Origin: Ignavibacteriota bacterium
Lineage (GTDB): Bacteria > Bacteroidota > Ignavibacteria > UBA10030 > UBA6906
Length of the DNA stretch: 64,000 nt
Assembly: GCA_963801355.1 (NCBI GenBank)
Contig: CAWDEM010000008.1
Coordinates: 864,001 to 928,000 of the forward strand
Direction: 5' to 3'
Positions 58,811 through 64,000 of the stretch are shown here, piece after piece; positions within the stretch are counted from its first letter, which is position 1, and each line of letters opens with the position of its first letter. The translations under genes and the position numbers were made by a program. The notes below the pieces were generated by a model. The model was not told where the DNA came from. It worked only from the letters and a program-made list of their open reading frames with translations, and ran no database searches.

Positions 58811-59314
58811 CTAGAGGAGGTGGAAAGAAGTCTTGACGACCCGTCCCTGATCGGCACAGGCCGCAGCAAGCTCCGTAATTGTCATCCCGTTCACCGGGTG
58901 GACAACATCCGGTGCAATTTCCCGGAGTGGTACAAGCGCGAAGCGGCGGTGTTCCAGGTCGACGTGAGGCACGGTCACCTGGTCGTCGCTATAGCTCAGC
59001 CCGTCATAGAGCAAAATGTCCAGGTCGATTTCCCGGGGACCCCACCGTTCGTGTGTGGTGCGTCCGAGACTTTCCTCGATCGCTTTCAGTTCCGGGAGCA
59101 GTTCCTGAGGACCGAGCGCGGTGGTCATTTCGGCTGCGGCATTCAGGAATCTCGGTTGATCGGTTTTCCCCCAGGGATCTGCTTCATAGACGGGCGAGAA
59201 CCAGACCACGGATGATTCGCGGAGGGCCCGCAATTCCGCCGCCGCTTTCGTCAGGGATGCGAAGCGGTCACCCACGTTCGCGCCAAGTCCGATGAAGACG
59301 CGGTATGACTTCAT
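58811..59314 (-). CDS. folK: HPPK (dihydropteridine pyrophosphokinase)
   Basis: IGLGANVGD, QPRFLN, RWGPREIDLDIL, PH. Confidence 0.96.
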   Translation of the reverse strand: MKSYRVFIGLGANVGDRFASLTKAAAELRALRESSVVWFSPVYEADPWGKTDQPRFLNAAAEMTTALGPQELLPELKAIEESLGRTTHERWGPREIDLDILLYDGLSYSDDQVTVPHVDLEHRRFALVPLREIAPDVVHPVNGMTITELAAACADQGRVVKTSFHLL

Positions 59315-59715
59315 CGTTGCTCCGTCAGTTCGACTTCCACGTAGTCGATTACGCCGCGGACGGGAGGATGTGGTTTGCGTATTCTCACCGTGACAACCTC
59401 CACATTGAAAAACTCACGCAGAAGTCCGCGGGCAATCACATGCGCGAGCGATTCCAGGAGATGGTACTTTTTCTCGAGCACCGTGGAACGGACAAACGCG
59501 TACACTTTTTCGTAGTCCACCGTCTTCTTCAGCGAATCCGCTTCGGCCGCAGGGAGAAAGTCCCCGTACAAATCCAGATCCAGCTCAAACTTTCCACCCA
59601 GGTTTTGCTCATCGTCCTGCACGCCATGGTAGGCATAGAAGGCCGCATTGCGTAGGCGCACAATTTGCAGCCCGACCACGGCATCCTCAATTTTTCGATC
59701 ATGCAATATAGACAT
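59311..59715 (-). CDS. folB: Dihydroneopterin aldolase
   Basis: FYAYHGV..EQ, TVDYEKV, LLESLA, IRKPHPP. Confidence 0.95.
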   Translation of the reverse strand: MSILHDRKIEDAVVGLQIVRLRNAAFYAYHGVQDDEQNLGGKFELDLDLYGDFLPAAEADSLKKTVDYEKVYAFVRSTVLEKKYHLLESLAHVIARGLLREFFNVEVVTVRIRKPHPPVRGVIDYVEVELTEQR

Positions 59716-59729
59716 CGCTACTCCGAGAA

Positions 59730-61154
59730 TCAAACGAGGACGTGCAAAGCGTGCTCTAGACGGCGCGCACAGGTCGTTTTCCCCAGCACTTCCATCAGTT
59801 CGAACAGCCCCGGCCCCGTGGACCGTCCGGTCAGGGCGAGCCGCATCGGATGGATCAGCTTCCCCGGGCCCACGCCCAGCTGTTCGGCTGTCTGCCGTAC
59901 CACCCCTTCCACCGCATGTCCGGAAAAGCTTTCCAACCCCTTCAGCACATCCAGGACTGCACGAACGTATTTCGGACTTTCGGCCTTCCAGTTCTTCCTG
60001 CGGGCCTCTTCATCATAGTGATCCGGATCTGAGAAGAAAAAGTCGGCCGTTTCCTTGAAGTCGGTGAGCTTCGTCACCCGCTCTTTCGTAAGCCGGACGA
60101 CCTGCTCCAGATACTGCTCGCTGACTCCCTTGATCCCTCCCTCTTCCAACACAGGCCGGACAACGCAGGCAAGTTCCTGGTCCGTCTTCGTGCGCATATA
60201 GTGCTTGTTGACGGAGTCCAGCTTGTCCAGGTTGAACACCGCGCCGGACTTCCCCACCCGCTCCAGGCTGAATTCCCCGATCAACTCTTCGGTCGTGAAG
60301 ATCTCCCGTTCGTCGCCCGGATTCCACCCCAGCAACGCAATGAAATTCACAAGGGCGTCAGGAAGATAGCCCTTCTTTTGATAGTCTTCAACTGCAACAT
60401 CACCCTGGCGTTTCGAGAGTTTTGAGCGGTCGGGATTCAGCAAAAGCGGAAGATGAGCAAAGACCGGTTTTTCCCATCCGAAATACTCATACAGGAGGAT
60501 GTGTTTGGGGGTGCTTGGCAGCCACTCCTCTCCCCGTATCACGTGGGTGACCTCCATGAAATGGTCATCCACAACATTCGCCAGATGATACGTGGGATAT
60601 CCGTCAGATTTCAGGAGCACCTGATCATTCACAAGATCGCTGGCAAATTCCAGTTGCCCGCGAATGACGTCAGCGAACGTGATCGTGACTCCATCCGGCA
60701 CTTTCATCCGGATTGCGGCCGGTTCTCCGTTGTGCAAACGCCGTTCCACTTCCGCCGCATCAAGAAGGTCCGCTCGCCGTGCAATTGCCGGAGGAGTGCT
60801 TTCCTGCTCCTCGTCTTCTTCACGATCCACAAAATCGTAATAGGCTTTTCCTTCGCGCACGAGGCGTTCAGCGCACTCCTTGTAGAGCGTCAGTCTTTCC
60901 GACTGAATATAGGGGCCCTTGGGACCACCGATGACCGGGCCCTCGTCATACTGGAGCCCGGCCCATGCCAGTGTGCGGATCAGGTTCTCGACGGCACCCG
61001 GGACGAAGCGGTTCCGGTCGGTATCCTCGATGCGGAGGATGAACACGCCGCCATGCTTTCTCGCGAAGAGATAATTGTAGAGAGCGGTGCGCAGACCGCC
61101 GATGTGGAGGAATCCGGTTGGACTCGGGGCGAAGCGAAGTCGAATGTTCGGCAA
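59730..61154 (-). CDS. gltX: Glutamate-tRNA ligase
   Basis: RFAPSPTGFLHIGG (HIGH), LRIEDTD, PTYHLANVVDDH, KLSKR (KMSKS). Confidence 0.96.
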   Translation of the reverse strand: MPNIRLRFAPSPTGFLHIGGLRTALYNYLFARKHGGVFILRIEDTDRNRFVPGAVENLIRTLAWAGLQYDEGPVIGGPKGPYIQSERLTLYKECAERLVREGKAYYDFVDREEDEEQESTPPAIARRADLLDAAEVERRLHNGEPAAIRMKVPDGVTITFADVIRGQLEFASDLVNDQVLLKSDGYPTYHLANVVDDHFMEVTHVIRGEEWLPSTPKHILLYEYFGWEKPVFAHLPLLLNPDRSKLSKRQGDVAVEDYQKKGYLPDALVNFIALLGWNPGDEREIFTTEELIGEFSLERVGKSGAVFNLDKLDSVNKHYMRTKTDQELACVVRPVLEEGGIKGVSEQYLEQVVRLTKERVTKLTDFKETADFFFSDPDHYDEEARRKNWKAESPKYVRAVLDVLKGLESFSGHAVEGVVRQTAEQLGVGPGKLIHPMRLALTGRSTGPGLFELMEVLGKTTCARRLEHALHVLV

Positions 61155-61254
61155 TGCCTGGCAATTATCCGATGATAGACATTCGTGACTGTGTTGCAGC
61201 CGTCGGTTTCAGCTAATTTAGCGAATGTCGAAGTGATTTGCCACCGCTCACCCC

Positions 61255-63198
61255 CTACCTGCGCTTCACGCTCATCAGATCTTCGACCTCATCCAGCACC
61301 TGGCCGTGTTCACTCAGTACCTGGAGGCTCAGTTTGCCGGCAGAAGTTTGAATCATCACGGCGTGGGCAAGCGGCGTGAAATAGAGCACGCTCCCGCTCC
61401 AGGGGGCTCTTTGCTGTGCATAGTAAGGCGCGCCGGCACCTCCTGATATGACGAACCAGGTCGGCAACTTGAGCGCCGGGTTGGGCGACAGCACGCCATC
61501 ATCCAGTTTTCCATTGCCATCCAGATCATCCCGAAGAATGCCGACGCGGGTCGTGTCGGTAATGAGCATGCGATGATAGTTGTGCTCATCCGAGGCAAAG
61601 ACAACGGCCACCTTGGGATTCAGGGCCAATTTCTCCCAGAGCCGGTTGCGGACCTCCAGCACCCCCTGTGCATACGGAACCGGGAGTCCCCGTTCGTCTA
61701 CCCTGAATGCGCGGACCCGGTTGTCGCCATTGTACCACATTCCATCTCCGATGTGTCCGCCGCCCGGAAACGCCGGTTCATGCCCCAGGACGACAATGTA
61801 CTTCACGTCGTCATCGACTTCACCTGATTCGAGTTCCCGCTCTATCCAGAGTAATTGGTCGGGAAGCAGGTAGCCCTCGGGCGAGCCACCGTAGTCCGGT
61901 ATGCGGCTCTCGGCGGTCCACCAGTAGTTGCTGTTATACACAATAAACTTCACCGGCCCAAAGTGGAATGAATAGACATTTTCGCGATATGGCGGCATGC
62001 CGGGAAGTGGTGTGGGGGCATTCACCGGATGAATGAACTCCTGCGCAAAGACCGCCTCTGAACTGACGGAATCATACGGCCAGCGGTCCATGCCGATACC
62101 GTACCGGCTGCCATCGTCATAGATATGGAGGAGGGATTCATGATTTCCCATCGCTGAGTACACAGGGCGGCTGTGCACAAACGGCGCGATAGCCTGTTTG
62201 AAGCCCTTGCTCTGGAATCTGTAGCCGTCGGGTGAATTTGTGTGACCGGACATGACATCCCCGCCGAACAGCATGAATGCCGCACCCCGGCGGTACGCAA
62301 CGGATGCGAGGGTACCCAGGACTCTTCTGTTCACACCCACGTAGGAAAATTCGCCGCCGCCTGCCGCAGCACGCGCATCCCCGGCGTAGGAGAAGCAAAT
62401 CGGGTAATCGCCTTTCGGAGGAGCCGTATGAAACCCGATCCAGGGTGTCGTCGCGGTATCACTTTCGCTCCAGACGAAAAATCGATAGCGATACGATTGG
62501 GAAGCCTTCAGTCCATTGACCTTGATTTCGTGCCTGAGGGCTGCCGGGCCGCCCCGGTACCGGCCGATCCCTTCAATCTCCACCGAAGCGTACGCAGGGC
62601 GGTCGGTTTCTCCAGCAATCACTATCCAGTCGGGGTGGTCGCTCACGATCAGCCCCACCGTGGGTCCTTCCACAATCGATAGAATCGGCCGAATGCCCTT
62701 TGGTGTTAAACGAATCCAGACACGTGAATCGAAGTAGCCCGCGTTCACAGGCGTACTCCCCTTCGACTGAACGAGGTCCAGCCTGTACCCGAGGACGCCG
62801 GCATCCGTCCACCCGTTTGCATTCCACGTTTGTTTCGGGTCGAAGTAGGCGCGAACCGGGAGGACTCCCCTTCCCTTTTCTATCGCGACTGACTGACGGT
62901 AGCGGGGTTCAAGGTAGTCTGCATGGTCCGCATCGAAAAACGCGGGTCCTGCGTGGAGCCGTCCGTACAACGTGGTATCATGCAGATCCACGAGGAATGC
63001 ATCCCCCTTTTCATCCGCACGTAACATGTTCACCGGTTGAAACTGCGTCCATTCCAGAGCGGCGAACTTCATCTCGCTTCTTGATGTGATTCCAGCTCCC
63101 TCGGGAGGTTTCACGGGAAGCCGGGTTTGCCCCGGGCTCGAATCAAGCATGCTAAGGAGCGAAAACAGCACGAGGCTGACGCGAACGAAGTGGGTCAT
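61255..63198 (-). CDS. Secreted Fn3 + metallophosphoesterase (purple-acid-phosphatase-like)
   Basis: Signal peptide; HEIKVNGLKASQSYRYR (Fn3); YAGD, GGD, MGNHE, GHEP, DEHNY. Confidence 0.8.
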   Translation of the reverse strand: MTHFVRVSLVLFSLLSMLDSSPGQTRLPVKPPEGAGITSRSEMKFAALEWTQFQPVNMLRADEKGDAFLVDLHDTTLYGRLHAGPAFFDADHADYLEPRYRQSVAIEKGRGVLPVRAYFDPKQTWNANGWTDAGVLGYRLDLVQSKGSTPVNAGYFDSRVWIRLTPKGIRPILSIVEGPTVGLIVSDHPDWIVIAGETDRPAYASVEIEGIGRYRGGPAALRHEIKVNGLKASQSYRYRFFVWSESDTATTPWIGFHTAPPKGDYPICFSYAGDARAAAGGGEFSYVGVNRRVLGTLASVAYRRGAAFMLFGGDVMSGHTNSPDGYRFQSKGFKQAIAPFVHSRPVYSAMGNHESLLHIYDDGSRYGIGMDRWPYDSVSSEAVFAQEFIHPVNAPTPLPGMPPYRENVYSFHFGPVKFIVYNSNYWWTAESRIPDYGGSPEGYLLPDQLLWIERELESGEVDDDVKYIVVLGHEPAFPGGGHIGDGMWYNGDNRVRAFRVDERGLPVPYAQGVLEVRNRLWEKLALNPKVAVVFASDEHNYHRMLITDTTRVGILRDDLDGNGKLDDGVLSPNPALKLPTWFVISGGAGAPYYAQQRAPWSGSVLYFTPLAHAVMIQTSAGKLSLQVLSEHGQVLDEVEDLMSVKRR

Positions 63199-63313
63199 GG
63201 GTTGAGCCTTTGCATGGGGAAGCCCTGGTTCATGCAGCCGGCGATGTTGTGCCGGCTTGCCGGCATAAACGGAATTACTGCAAGATACGGATACACGGAC
63301 GCATGGTCAATGC

Positions 63314-63406
63314 TGCAACGATGCATTGTGCAACGATGCATTGCCCGCCGGGGTTCCCTGAGGTCATTCCTCGTTTCCGGGAATTTGTGTGTTCCAGGAA
63401 TTTGTG
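63314..63406. repeat. Two short direct-repeat pairs in the divergent intergenic region
   Basis: TGCAACGATGCATTG x2 (63314-63343); TTCC[G/A]GGAATTTGTG x2 (63375-63406). Confidence 0.75.
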
Positions 63407-63472
63407 GCAGTGTGTTATACCTCCTGATTTCTTTGTATCTTCCCTTGCACCCTGCACAATTGCGATCGCCAC

Positions 63473-64000
63473 ATGCCAACCCGGATCCAGTCAATCGACA
63501 TCTTCCGCGGTCTTACCATTCTGACGATGGTCTTCGTCAACGATCTGGCGGGAGTCAGCAACATTCCCGGCTGGATGAAACATGCCCTCGAAGGCTCCAA
63601 CAGTATGACATTTGTCGACGTAGTATTCCCGGCGTTTCTGTTCATTGTCGGGATGTCGATCCCGCTCGCGCTCGAACGCAGGCGAGCGAAAGGCGCCTCC
63701 GCCGGCGCACTCTGGAGCCACGTTCTGATCAGGTTTGCCGGTCTGATCGTGCTCGGAATCTTCATGGTAAACATCGGCCGCTTGAATCCGGATCTTACCG
63801 GAATGGACCGCCACGTCTGGTCCACGCTATTCTTTCTGGGTGCGATAGCCGCGTGGGCACAGCCCCCCGAACTCAGCGGGAAGAAGCAGACCGTCTGGCG
63901 GTTGGTGAGAATTGCCGGGTTTCTCCTTATCGCCGGACTCGCGGTTGTCTACCGCAGTGGGGATGCCGCGTCTCCCGGATGGATGCAGACTCAATGGTGG
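63473..64000 (+). CDS. DUF5009/HGSNAT (NagX)-like membrane acyltransferase, 3' partial
   Basis: Not in the ORF track. MPTRIQSIDIFRGLTILTMVFVND..WMKH..TFVDVVFPAFLFIVGMSIPLA. Confidence 0.85.
   Translation, partial: MPTRIQSIDIFRGLTILTMVFVNDLAGVSNIPGWMKHALEGSNSMTFVDVVFPAFLFIVGMSIPLALERRRAKGASAGALWSHVLIRFAGLIVLGIFMVNIGRLNPDLTGMDRHVWSTLFFLGAIAAWAQPPELSGKKQTVWRLVRIAGFLLIAGLAVVYRSGDAASPGWMQTQWW

Overview
GC-rich (about 60% by eye) bacterial core-genome segment. Gene content and order (zapB-zapA-6S-rny-coaE, split nuo operons, DUF5009, thrS-infC-rpmI-rplT-pheST) suggest Ignavibacteria or a related Bacteroidota-Chlorobi lineage; this is inference. Almost every gene from 1 to 63.2 kb is on the minus strand. 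Left to right: a probable stress module (two DUF4398 lipoproteins, two tailed CsbD paralogues, a NarL-type regulator, and a conserved operator-like motif before both DUF4398 genes); an unlisted 54-aa zinc-ribbon ORF; TPR, kinase and lipoprotein genes; nadD with no canonical start codon; a glycan cluster (6 GT2, 3 methyltransferases, Wzx flippase); a CNNM protein; nuoG-H-I preceded by a eukaryote-type alanine aminotransferase and an M16 peptidase; nadB; an orphan outer-membrane protein; coaE, rny, an enlarged 6S RNA, zapAB; the translation cluster (infC starts at ATC); four tRNAs; CYTH, greA, ribBA, yajC, tgt, VanZ, nnr; nuoJ-K-L-M-[IT-family antiporter]-N; a NatAB-like ABC pair; asnS, nadA, GT9, dNK, folK, folB, gltX; a secreted metallophosphoesterase; and a partial DUF5009 gene. 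No CRISPR array, integrase or transposase was seen. Best leads: the antiporter embedded in the complex I membrane-arm operon, the eukaryote-like aminotransferase coupled to nuoG, the NarL/CsbD/DUF4398 regulon, non-canonical and leaderless initiation, and recurring tandem micro-duplications at gene ends. Family calls come from motif recognition, not database searches.
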